From an uncultured Verrucomicrobiae bacterium (GTDB lineage: Bacteria > Verrucomicrobiota > Verrucomicrobiia > Limisphaerales > Palsa-1400): a stretch of DNA of 64,000 nucleotides. The notes below the pieces were generated by a model that saw only the letters and a program-made list of their open reading frames with translations, did not search any database and had not been told where the DNA came from. This document shows positions 45,901 through 55,700 of this stretch, in pieces (within the stretch, counting starts at the first letter, position 1; each line of letters opens with the position of its first letter). The position numbers and the translations under genes were made by a program. The stretch is taken from the NCBI GenBank assembly GCA_963764165.1, contig CAVXRD010000001.1, forward strand, positions 1,088,001 to 1,152,000, read 5' to 3'.

Positions 45901-47997
45901 GTGAGCACGGTAAACGCCAAGTCACTAACGGCCAAGCTGCGCGCGATAGCGGACGCGCTGGCTCCTGAGGGTTACGAAGACGCGAGGGGTTTTCATTTTG
46001 GACATGCGGAAAGAATTGACGAAGATCTGAGCTTTATTGACAAGGCACTCATGGCGCCATTTGAACCAGAATGCGTGGGACACCACTTGGAATTCCAAGA
46101 GGACGGCTGCGTGCGAGTGCTTCATTTGGAGGACTCCTCTTCTGACGCGGCGCTAATTCTCGATTGGCTTGAGCGCGGCGGCCTGAAATGCTCGCTGACT
46201 CATGCGCGCAATAAGTCCGAATTCGAATGGGCTCTGGATCATGAGCAATTCGACGTTATACTTTGCGACCACAATCTCCCAGGATACAGCGGATTTGCGG
46301 CCTTGGAATTTTCGCGCGCGCGCCAGCCGCACACTCCGTTTATCATCCTCTCCGGCGCCTTGGATGATGAGCAGGCTGTGGAATGTCTTCACAACGGCGC
46401 GGCGGATTACATTTTGAAGGATCGCATGGCCCGCCTCATCCCTGCCATCCGCCGGGCGATGACCGAAGCCGCGGAACGCAAGCAGCAAGCCGCCGCCCAA
46501 AAACGCATTCAAGAGCAAGCCGAACTCCTCAACCTGACCCGCGACGCCATCGTCGTGCGCGACATGGATGATCGAATCACTTTTTGGAACGCCGGCGCGG
46601 AATCCATTTTTGGCTGGAAAGCCAGCGAAGCACAGGGCCGCCATTTTGCCAGCTTGCTCCATGGCGCTCCTCCCTTGTTCGCGGACGCCCGGCAATCGCT
46701 GATGGAAACAAGCGATTGGGTGGGCGAACTCCAGCTCGCCAGCCGGAAAGGCCAGGAAGTGGTGGTCATGAGCCATTGGAACCTTATCAAAGACCCATCA
46801 GGCAAACCGACCGCGATCGTCTGCACCAATACGGACATCACCGAGCAAAAGAAGTTGGAAAAGGTCGTGTTGCGCGCGCAGCGGATGGAGAGCATTGGCT
46901 CTTTGGCGAGCGGCGTGGCCCATGATTTGAATAACGCGCTTTCGCCGGTTCTTCTGAGCGCTTCCTTGATGGAGAATTGCCAGGATCCCGAGCAGCGCCG
47001 CCGGTACGTGGACGTGATCGTCTCCTGCGTCCAGCGCGGGGCGCGAATGCTGAAGCAAATTCTCAATTTCACAGACGGCCGCCAGGGGCGCCTCGGGCTG
47101 GTATCGGTCTGCGCTCAGGTGCGCGAGCTGGAGAAAATGATTCGCGACACTTTCCCGAAATCAATTGAGATCAAGGTCCAAGTCGCCGCGCATCCATGCA
47201 CCATTCTCGGCGATCCGACCGAGTTGCATCAGGCATTGCTCAATTTGTGCGTCAATGCCCGCGACGCGATGCCGGATGGCGGGAGATTGACGATGTCAGT
47301 GCAGAGGGCCGATTTGGACGAGGTGACGGCCGGCCGCTTGGACGGAAAACCGGGGCCGCATGTGATGCTTTCGGTGACAGACACGGGGTGGGGAATTCCA
47401 GAGGAAGTCCTGCCAAGAATCTTTGAACCGTTCTTCACCACGAAAGGGCCGGATCAAGGCACGGGGCTTGGACTTTCCATCGTCGCGGGCATCATGAAAA
47501 ATTGCGGCGGCTGTCTGGATGTCAAAACCGAACCGGATTCCGGCACTGAATTCCGCCTCTACTTTCCAGCGGTGGAAACTGCGGAATTCCTTGAAGCCAC
47601 CGGCGACGAAGGCCCCGTTCCCGCCGGCCACGGGGAATTGGTGCTGCTGATGGAGGACGAAGAGGCGATTCGGGAACTGACGCGAACAAGCCTCGAGAAT
47701 TTCGGCTACCGCGTCGTAACCGCGCCGAACGGAGTGCAAGGCATCGCCCGCTTCGAGGAATATCGCGACCGCATCCGGGTCGTGGTGAGCGATACAGACA
47801 TGCCAAAGATGAACGGCCTGGCTGCCGTGCGCGCGATCAAGGAAATGCGCCCGGAATTGCCGGTCATCGTCGCCAGCGGCTCCCAGCACAGTTCCCAAGA
47901 AATCAAGCAGATGAGCGACCATCGCATGACCCGCCTGCGCAAGCCTTACAGTTTGCAGGAGCTTCTCGTCACGGTGTCCAGCGCAGTCAGGGACTAG
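45901..47997 (+). CDS. Hybrid histidine kinase (REC-PAS-HisKA-HATPase-REC)
   Basis: VLHLED, GVAHDLNN, NLCVNARDAM, GTGLGL. Start could be ATG 46051. Confidence 0.9.
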   Translation: MSTVNAKSLTAKLRAIADALAPEGYEDARGFHFGHAERIDEDLSFIDKALMAPFEPECVGHHLEFQEDGCVRVLHLEDSSSDAALILDWLERGGLKCSLTHARNKSEFEWALDHEQFDVILCDHNLPGYSGFAALEFSRARQPHTPFIILSGALDDEQAVECLHNGAADYILKDRMARLIPAIRRAMTEAAERKQQAAAQKRIQEQAELLNLTRDAIVVRDMDDRITFWNAGAESIFGWKASEAQGRHFASLLHGAPPLFADARQSLMETSDWVGELQLASRKGQEVVVMSHWNLIKDPSGKPTAIVCTNTDITEQKKLEKVVLRAQRMESIGSLASGVAHDLNNALSPVLLSASLMENCQDPEQRRRYVDVIVSCVQRGARMLKQILNFTDGRQGRLGLVSVCAQVRELEKMIRDTFPKSIEIKVQVAAHPCTILGDPTELHQALLNLCVNARDAMPDGGRLTMSVQRADLDEVTAGRLDGKPGPHVMLSVTDTGWGIPEEVLPRIFEPFFTTKGPDQGTGLGLSIVAGIMKNCGGCLDVKTEPDSGTEFRLYFPAVETAEFLEATGDEGPVPAGHGELVLLMEDEEAIRELTRTSLENFGYRVVTAPNGVQGIARFEEYRDRIRVVVSDTDMPKMNGLAAVRAIKEMRPELPVIVASGSQHSSQEIKQMSDHRMTRLRKPYSLQELLVTVSSAVRD

Positions 47998-48087
47998 CTT
48001 CAATGGCAGGGACGCCTCGGCGGGGCGCACCTGTCAAAAATGGACACCACACTCGACAGCCGTTGAAATTCCTGAAAAGCTGGCCGC

Positions 48088-48702
48088 GTGAAACAGTCCA
48101 TTGTCACGCTGGATTTGGAAGGTGTGCTCGTGCCGGAAATCTGGATTTCCGTTGCCGAAAAAACCGGGATTCCCGACCTGCGCCGCACCACGCGCGAGGA
48201 GCCGGATTACGACAAGCTCATGCGCCAGCGCATCGAGATTCTTGACAAGCACGGCCTCAAGCTCGCCGATATCCAGGAAGTCATCGGCGCGTTGCAGCCT
48301 CTTCCGGGCGCCGTTGAATTCCTGCGCGAACTTCGCGCCCTGACGCAGGTGATTATTCTTTCGGATACGTTTGAGGAATTCGCCAAGCCGCTCATGCGCC
48401 AGTTGGATTGGCCCACCATCTTCTGCAATTACCTGGTGGTGGACAATGGCCGCATCGCCGGACACAAAATGCGCCAGGAAAATCCAAAGCGAAGCGCGGT
48501 GGCTGCCTTGAAAACACTGCGCTACTTCATTGTTGCGGCCGGGGATTCATTTAATGACACGGCGATGCTCGGCGAAGCCCATGCGGGTTATCTTTTTCAT
48601 TCGCCGGATCACATCCAGAAGCAATTCCCGCAATTCCCCGCCTACGAAGAATATGATGACTTGTTGAAAGCCATCAAAAGGGCTCTTGAAAGCCCAGCGT
48701 AG
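48088..48702 (+). CDS. thrH: Phosphoserine phosphatase/homoserine phosphotransferase
   Basis: LDLEGVLVPEIW, ILSDTF, AAGDSFNDTAML. Confidence 0.95.
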   Translation: MKQSIVTLDLEGVLVPEIWISVAEKTGIPDLRRTTREEPDYDKLMRQRIEILDKHGLKLADIQEVIGALQPLPGAVEFLRELRALTQVIILSDTFEEFAKPLMRQLDWPTIFCNYLVVDNGRIAGHKMRQENPKRSAVAALKTLRYFIVAAGDSFNDTAMLGEAHAGYLFHSPDHIQKQFPQFPAYEEYDDLLKAIKRALESPA

Positions 48703-48842
48703 CGGCCACCCATACAAATCAGGCCGGCAAGCAAGGGAACGCACTACAAAAAAATGTGCAGAGCCCCTTACAGACTATAATGCGCAAATGCGGCAGCATG
48801 GAGACCAGATAAGTTTGTCCCAGTAACTTGTTCATGATTCCC

Positions 48843-49283
48843 ATGAGCGCCGACAACGCAACGCAACCGCCAGCACACAAGGCTCTTCCGCACGAGACCG
48901 CCGCGCCCGTCTCTCCAGAGACATTCCGATCCAGGTTCTGCGAACGATTTGGGTGCGAAGACAAGGATTACGAGAAAGTGGCGTTCTCCAAGTTGCTTTT
49001 CGCCCATGCCCGCCTGGTGGCGCCGCTGATTCGCGTGGCTTACCCCGAATTCTTCAGGGAAGACCTGAAGTTTGTCGAGTATCTGGGCAACTGCACAGGG
49101 AACCGTGATATGGCGGTGGAGTTGCAGGAATTTAAGGATGCGAACCGCACGCGCGGAGGGGTCGTCCGAATGAATTTTTACCTCCGCGTCTCCGGCAAAA
49201 AAGCAAAACGGATTTACCGCGAGCTGAAGAATCACGAGCGACCGAGCGCGGCCGCATTGCCCAAGCCTGCCATCATTCCTTAA
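48843..49283 (+). CDS. Hypothetical protein
   Basis: ORF with normal composition filling the gap between thrH and uvrA. Start uncertain. Confidence 0.6.
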   Translation: MSADNATQPPAHKALPHETAAPVSPETFRSRFCERFGCEDKDYEKVAFSKLLFAHARLVAPLIRVAYPEFFREDLKFVEYLGNCTGNRDMAVELQEFKDANRTRGGVVRMNFYLRVSGKKAKRIYRELKNHERPSAAALPKPAIIP

Positions 49284-49285
49284 AA

Positions 49286-49365
49286 GGCAGGGACGCCTCG
49301 CCGAGGCGTCCGGGGTGAGGCCCTATTCACGCGCAACCCGGACGCCTCGGCGAGGCGTCCCAGCC
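49286..49365. repeat. REPIN copy 3
   Basis: Units at 49286-49311 and 49340-49365, between convergent genes. Confidence 0.85.
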
Positions 49366-49420
49366 AAAAAATGGCTCGGCCGAGCCTCCCCCCTTGCCGG
49401 AACTTTAGACTGGGCAATTC

Positions 49421-52072
49421 TCACAGCATTTTCTTCAGAAACCTTCCCGTATGGGACTGCTTGTGCTTCGCCACATCTTCTGGAGTTCCCGCGCAGACAA
49501 CGCTGCCGCCCCCCACGCCGCCTTCCGGCCCCATGTCAATCAACCAGTCGGCCTCGGCGATCAGGTCCAAATTGTGCTCAATGACCACCACAGAATGGCC
49601 GGCGTCGACCAGCCGTTGCAGCACGCCCACCAGCAGTTTCACATCAGACGCGTGCAGGCCGATGGTCGGCTCCTCCAGCAGGAAAAGGCATGAGCGGGTG
49701 GCGTGCATGTCCGCCTCCCGAAAGCCTGTCAACAAATGGGTGACCAGCTTGAGCCGCTGCGCCTCGCCGCCGCTCAGCGTCGGGCTGGGCTGGCCAAGCC
49801 GCAGGTAGCCCAGGCCGGTGTCGCGCAGCGCTTTCATGGCGCGGGACAATTTTGGATAAGCCGTGAAATGCTCCAGCGCCTGCTCGACGCTCAGATCCAT
49901 GATTTGCGCGATATTCAAGCCGCGCAGTTGCACATCAAGCGTCTCGCGGTTGAAACGCGCGCCCTGGCAGGTTTCGCAGCGAACCAGCGCGGACGGCATG
50001 AAATTCATTTCCAGCTTGATCGTGCCCGCGCCCATGCACTCCGGGCAGCGGCCCTGCGCGCTGTTGAAAGAAAATCGGCTTGACGTGTAGCCCCGCATCC
50101 GCGCCTCGGGTGTCTGGGCGAAAAGCTGCCGGATTTCGTCGAAGAATCCCACGTAGGTGGCCGGAATCGAACGCAGGGTGCGCCCGATGGGAGACTGATC
50201 CACCTCGTAAACCGCCCGCAGCGATTCCGTTCCCGAAATTGTTCCCGCGCCCTCCACTTTCGTCTTCCCCGGTTTTCGCGCCAGCATTGCCGCCGCGGCG
50301 GGAAGAAGGCATTCGCGCATCAGCGTGCTCTTGCCGGAGCCGCTCACGCCTGTCAAACAAACGAAACGGCGCAAGGGGAATTTCACGGTGACATTCTTGA
50401 GCGTGTGCCGGGTGACGCCGGACAGCGTCATCACCGGTTCTTTCCTGCCAAATGAGACCGGCCGCCGCTGGCCCCGCGCCGGAAACGACTTCCACTCGCG
50501 CAGGCATTTTGCGGTGATGGAATTTTCATGCGACATCAGCTCCTTCAGGCTGCCCGCGGCCACGATTTGCCCGCCGTTGACGCCCGCGCCGGGCCCGAGG
50601 TCAATAATATAATCCGCCCGGCGCATGGTTTCCTCGTCGTGCTCGACCACCACCAGCGAATTGCCGCGCGCCTTCAGCGCATCGAGCGCATCGAGCAGAT
50701 GCTCGTTGTCGCGCGCGTGCAATCCGATGGTTGGCTCATCCAGAATGTAAAGCACGCCGCTCAAATTGGATCCAAGCTGCGCCGCCAGGCGGATGCGCTG
50801 GGCCTCGCCGCCGGAGAGCGTGGTGGCCGCGCGGCCCAATTGCAAATAGTGCAGTCCAACGGTCCCAAGAAATTTCAAACGCTCGCGAATTTCCGGCAGG
50901 ATGTCGCGCGCAATCTCCGCTTCGCGCCCTTTCGGGCGAAGCGTGTTGATCCATTCCGCCGCATCGGCCACCGGCAGATCAGAAATTTCCACGATGGTCG
51001 GCGGTTTCTTTGCGCCCAGCCCTGCCAATCGAACGGCCCGGGCAATCGGCGCAAGCCGCGTGCCATTGCACGCGCGGCAAACCTCGCGTTTTCCTTCCTG
51101 CCATTCGAACCACGATTCCTCGATGGCTTCCTGGCGCGCGCCGCGTTCGGTGTCCGGCAGAAAAAAGGTTTCACCGAAGCCCCGGCACTCCGGACACCAG
51201 CCGCGGGGGGAATTGTAGCTGAACATTTTGGGATCCAGCTCGCCAAACGAATCGCCGCACTTCGGACAATTCCGCTCAGTGGAATGGATGGTGACCTTGC
51301 GGTCATTGCCCAGCGCAAGCACCGTCCCCTTCCCCAGCCGAAGAGCTTCGTCGACCAATTGCTGCGGGAAAGTGCGATCCACTCTGCCGCGCTTCGTCTT
51401 TTTCTCCAGCACGCCGACGACAATTTCCACATCATGCTCGCGAAAGCGGTCCAATCGCATTTGCTGGCCGGTCGAATAAATTTTTCCATCCGCGCGAACC
51501 TCGGCATAGCCGTGCTTGGCGGCCCATTCGGCGACTTCGGTATGGAACCCTTTGCGATTCTTGACAACAGGCGCGAGCAGAAGAAGATCACCGCGCTTCT
51601 TGGTTTCCTCGATCAACCGCCTCGCCGCTTCGTCGCGGGTCTGGGCTTGCACTGGCAAATCACACCGCGGGCAATACTGCGTTCCCAGGCGCGCGAACAG
51701 CAGCCGGAGGAAATGATAAATCTCGGTCACAGTGGCGACCGTGCTTTTTCCGCCGCCGCGCGATTGCCGCTGCTCGATGCTGACGGTCGGGGGAATCCCG
51801 GTGATGAGATCGACCTCGGGCCTGGGCAGTTGCTCGACGAATTGCCGGGCGTAGAGATTCATGGAATCGAGAAAGCGCCGCTGGCCCTCGGCAAAAAGCA
51901 AATCGAAGGCGAGCGTGCTCTTGCCGGAGCCGCTGACGCCGGTGACGACGACAAACTTGCCGCGCGGGATGTCGACGGAGATATTCTTGAGATTATGTTC
52001 GCGCGCGCCACGAATGGCGATGACTTCGGATTCGGCGGCTGTCTGTTCGTCGGCTGCTTTCAACTCACCCAT
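49421..52072 (-). CDS. uvrA: Excinuclease ABC subunit A, shortened variant
   Basis: GAREHNLKN, two GVSGSGKS Walker A motifs, two LSGGEAQR signatures, and Zn fingers. Start placed at ATG 52072; the ORF is open from 52168. Confidence 0.92.
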   Translation of the reverse strand: MGELKAADEQTAAESEVIAIRGAREHNLKNISVDIPRGKFVVVTGVSGSGKSTLAFDLLFAEGQRRFLDSMNLYARQFVEQLPRPEVDLITGIPPTVSIEQRQSRGGGKSTVATVTEIYHFLRLLFARLGTQYCPRCDLPVQAQTRDEAARRLIEETKKRGDLLLLAPVVKNRKGFHTEVAEWAAKHGYAEVRADGKIYSTGQQMRLDRFREHDVEIVVGVLEKKTKRGRVDRTFPQQLVDEALRLGKGTVLALGNDRKVTIHSTERNCPKCGDSFGELDPKMFSYNSPRGWCPECRGFGETFFLPDTERGARQEAIEESWFEWQEGKREVCRACNGTRLAPIARAVRLAGLGAKKPPTIVEISDLPVADAAEWINTLRPKGREAEIARDILPEIRERLKFLGTVGLHYLQLGRAATTLSGGEAQRIRLAAQLGSNLSGVLYILDEPTIGLHARDNEHLLDALDALKARGNSLVVVEHDEETMRRADYIIDLGPGAGVNGGQIVAAGSLKELMSHENSITAKCLREWKSFPARGQRRPVSFGRKEPVMTLSGVTRHTLKNVTVKFPLRRFVCLTGVSGSGKSTLMRECLLPAAAAMLARKPGKTKVEGAGTISGTESLRAVYEVDQSPIGRTLRSIPATYVGFFDEIRQLFAQTPEARMRGYTSSRFSFNSAQGRCPECMGAGTIKLEMNFMPSALVRCETCQGARFNRETLDVQLRGLNIAQIMDLSVEQALEHFTAYPKLSRAMKALRDTGLGYLRLGQPSPTLSGGEAQRLKLVTHLLTGFREADMHATRSCLFLLEEPTIGLHASDVKLLVGVLQRLVDAGHSVVVIEHNLDLIAEADWLIDMGPEGGVGGGSVVCAGTPEDVAKHKQSHTGRFLKKML

Positions 52073-52345
52073 TATCGCCGAGCCTGCGCCCCGCGCAAGC
52101 TGGCGGGTCAAATCAGATGGAGGGCGTGATATCAAATGAATCATTCGCGGCTGACCTCCAATTTCCAAATTTTCAAAAAACAGATGAGATTTGGCGGGAA
52201 TTGGTGAGATTCACCGTGATTAGTTGAGAATGGTTTCATGCTCGCGAAGCGCCAAGAAAGCCTCGGCGAGGCGTGGCTGCCTTGAAGAGCCGGCGGCGCC
52301 GGAGCGATGGGCCGCGAATCAGCACGCGAACGCCTGTTTTATTGG

Positions 52346-52606
52346 ATGACCAAACCCAGAAACCCAATTTTGGCCTCATCCGACCCGCTCGTCCTCATGT
52401 TCATCCAGGCTTGGTTGACCGCGGAGCCGGTGGAATTCATTTATATGGGCGGATCAAACCCCGGCTCATCTCGGAAAATCCAAGTCTCGCTGGTTTTCCA
52501 GCACGAGGAGGAAGGCCGGATTTACGTGACTGGCTATTGTGAGGAGCGTAAGGCGAACCGAGTCTTCGCGCTGGATTTGATCATGACGATTTACGCTTGG
52601 AATTGA
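52346..52606 (+). CDS. Stand-alone WYL domain protein
   Basis: VEFIY...R.I...YVTGYCEERKANRVFALDLI pattern. Confidence 0.75.
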   Translation: MTKPRNPILASSDPLVLMFIQAWLTAEPVEFIYMGGSNPGSSRKIQVSLVFQHEEEGRIYVTGYCEERKANRVFALDLIMTIYAWN

Positions 52607-52741
52607 GGTCGGAATGTCGCGCGTAGCGACGGATGATTGAATAGTTGGAAACGCGATTTGAATGCAGAACTGTTTAACAATGCTGGCTTTCCTGAATTGT
52701 AAGGATGCCAATTCATCCCGTTCATCTACCCCGGCAATCAC

Positions 52742-55700
52742 TCACGGAGTCAATATAATCGCACCAGCGCTGGTTTTGTTTGTGAAATAACCGGCTGCAT
52801 TCGTGGCGTTCTGGAGGACGGCGCCCAAGCCTGTTACTGTTGTGGTGCCGTCCCGGAATTTCACCGTTAACGCCCCGGTTTTTGGATTAATCTGACCGCT
52901 TACGAAGCCAGTCGAATTTGGCCCGACGGCTACGACCGCGCCCGTATTGCCCACCGTGACCGAGTATTTGAGTGGCGTGGTCAAATTTCCTCCAGATATC
53001 GTCAGGCTGCCGTCGACGAATGGAATTGGAGCCACGTGAGCCGGACGGTTCGTCCATTCCGAACCGAGCACCAATACAATATTGGTGAACCCGTCTGGAT
53101 ACATGGCGGCCAGCCTCGACGCGGGCTTAACCCACGTCAATTGGCCCTGCGGTTCGCCATTGGACAATGTGACCCACCCGAGCAAGAGACCGCTCTTGTT
53201 GTAAATGCTGGAATAGATGGGCATGTCTCCTGCGGAAGATATCGGCACTGCCTGGCTGAAGCTCGTCCCGTCAGCCAGCATTCCGCTCAGCGTAACTGAT
53301 CCTGATTTGTTGGTGATCAACGCATAGCCGTTGCCAGGGGGGCCGTTGGTGGCCGTCGAGGCGGGCGGAATCAGCATCGTGTACTCAGCGGATGGGGACT
53401 TCGTGGCAGCGAGGCGCGCTGACAGATCAGCCACCCAGAGTCCGCCATTGGTGCCCGTCACTGTTCCTATCAATTGGGAAGGCGCGACGTTCCAATCCAA
53501 TGACAAATCCAAGCCCAGCGCGCCGCCATACTTGGCCGCTCGCGGGACGTTGGTGGCGGCATGGCCACCCACGTCAAATGCGCCGCTAAGATTATAATTT
53601 GACCCGTCCAGCAGCAATTTGCCGCTGTAGCCGCCCTTGGTTCCTACCTTGAAGGCGCTGAGCATTCCAGCGGTGCTTGCCGTCACATCGTTGCTGACGA
53701 AGAACAGCCCGTTGTAAGTCCCGGCAGCGCCGAGAAATAGGTTGGTCACGAAATTCGCCTCGATGGCCAGGCCGGGTTCCATGATGAAATCCAGCGTCGA
53801 AGCGCTGGTGGACTTCACTGAACCCGTCCAATTGCTGAACAACGAATGCGCGTCAGGCGTCGCGGTAAGCGAATAGCCCTCCCCGATGTTCAGTTTTGCT
53901 CCCTCCGCAGGCACGGTGTCGCCCGCGATGGCAGCTTTGCCTTTGAGTGTGCCGTTCCCATTCCCGCCCTTGGTCAAGCTTAAAGCCGACGGCACCTTGT
54001 AGAAGAAGTGCCGGCTCTCGACTGGAGAATGATTTGACGAGAAATCCCAGCTTTGCACTGCCAGGAAATTTGAGCCTGCCAATGTTGCATTGGTAATGGT
54101 CCATGTCTTCTTGGTTGCGCTGCCGGCGAGAACGGCCTGGCCTTCGTTTGTCACCACGCTGCCATTGTTAATGTTGGTCATCCAATACTGGACCCTGGCG
54201 ACCTGCACATTATCCGACGCGGTGCCGCTGATGGTGGAACTGGCCACCCGCGCGCCCGCCGCAGGCGATGAAATGGCGACGCCGGGCGCTGTCCTGTCGG
54301 GGAGCGTGGTCAAAAGAGCATTGCTGCTGGTGATGGTTCCATAGGGATTCGTTACCACCACCGAGTAGCTCCCCGCGTCATTGGCAAATAGCGGATCGAT
54401 GATCAGATTGCTAGTGGTTGAACCGGCGAATTCCGCACCGTTAGTCAAGTAAATGCCGTTCTTTTGCCATTGGTAACCGAGTGGCGGCGTTCCAAGAGCC
54501 GTCACGCTGAAGGAAACTTCCGAGCCATCGTACTGCTTCAATTTGTTGACGGGCTGCGTCTTGATCGCCAACGGCACGGCCAAACTCAGGATGGCTTCCG
54601 CGCTGGTCATAGCGCCGGATGAATTGCTGACTGTGACAGAATAACTCCCGAGATTCTTTGACTGCACATTCGTCAGCACGAGAGCGGCATTGGTCGCCCC
54701 CGGGATCGCCGAATCATCAAAACTCCATTGGTAGGAAATCGGATTCGCGCCCGTGACGCCGGCGCTGAAGGTGGCATTCTGTCCCGTGAGGACGGTCTGG
54801 GACGTCGGTTGGCCAAGAATGTACAATTGGCCGGTCGCCAATACATACGTTGAAGCCTGGTAGGAAGCCGGGGCGGCCTCCAGATTCTGGGCATTATCGC
54901 GAGCGACACTGTAAAAGTCGTATGAGTGGCCCGGTTGCCCATTGTAAGTCGCGCTATTTAGCGTTGTGCCGCCCTGCCAAATTTGCCAAGGGCCAGCATT
55001 GTCGGAAACATACACGTCATAATCAAACACACCCGAACCACCGGGGTCATCGCTGCCGAACCAACTGACGGTGAAATTGGTGTCGAGCTGCACAGAAGCG
55101 AGAGGCGTCACCGAGCTAGTGGGAGGCACGCCATCCACCGTATTCGTTGTCGGGTTAGTCGGAATGGGCTCATTGCTGTCAAACACGATGACAGCCTGAT
55201 TGGTTACGATACTCCCGGTAGGCGTCCCAGCTTTGGGTAGAATAGTGTAGATAACATGGCCCTCCCCGATTTGATTCGTGTTATCCGGCGGCAGTATGCC
55301 TTCCTGGCTATTCGCCACCAAACTGCCGGTATTCAAGTCAATCGCATTCACCGTCCAGAAAACCTGTCTATTCTCAATGTCAACGCCAACAGTAACATCG
55401 GCGACGACGTTAGTGGGATTGGGAGCAGGCAGAGGAACGCGTGTCTGATAGACGGCAGTGTTCGTCGGAACGGTAATGACAGTGCTCCCAAATGCAATTT
55501 CGCCGACACGAAACGAGCGAATGTCAAAGTTCTGATCCATTTTATCCGAGATCGAGACTTGGCGCGCAAAGGCAGAAGCGTTGGTTTCGTTGGCAAAATA
55601 AATCGTATAAACCAGTGGCTCTTGAACACTCACGAACGCCGCTGTAGAATAGCCAGCCGGACCTGTCATAGCATTTGGATCCGACGCGCTTACAGGATTC

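Noticed and set aside
19687..49365. Palindromic repeats as a CRISPR array
   Set aside because: They occur as dispersed inverted pairs, not regularly spaced direct repeats, and no cas genes are present.
50528..52129. Long antisense ORFs (also 34422-35513, 38776-39768, 23697-24677, 12658-13443)
   Set aside because: They are shadow frames opposite well-supported genes in GC-rich DNA and have no recognisable motifs.
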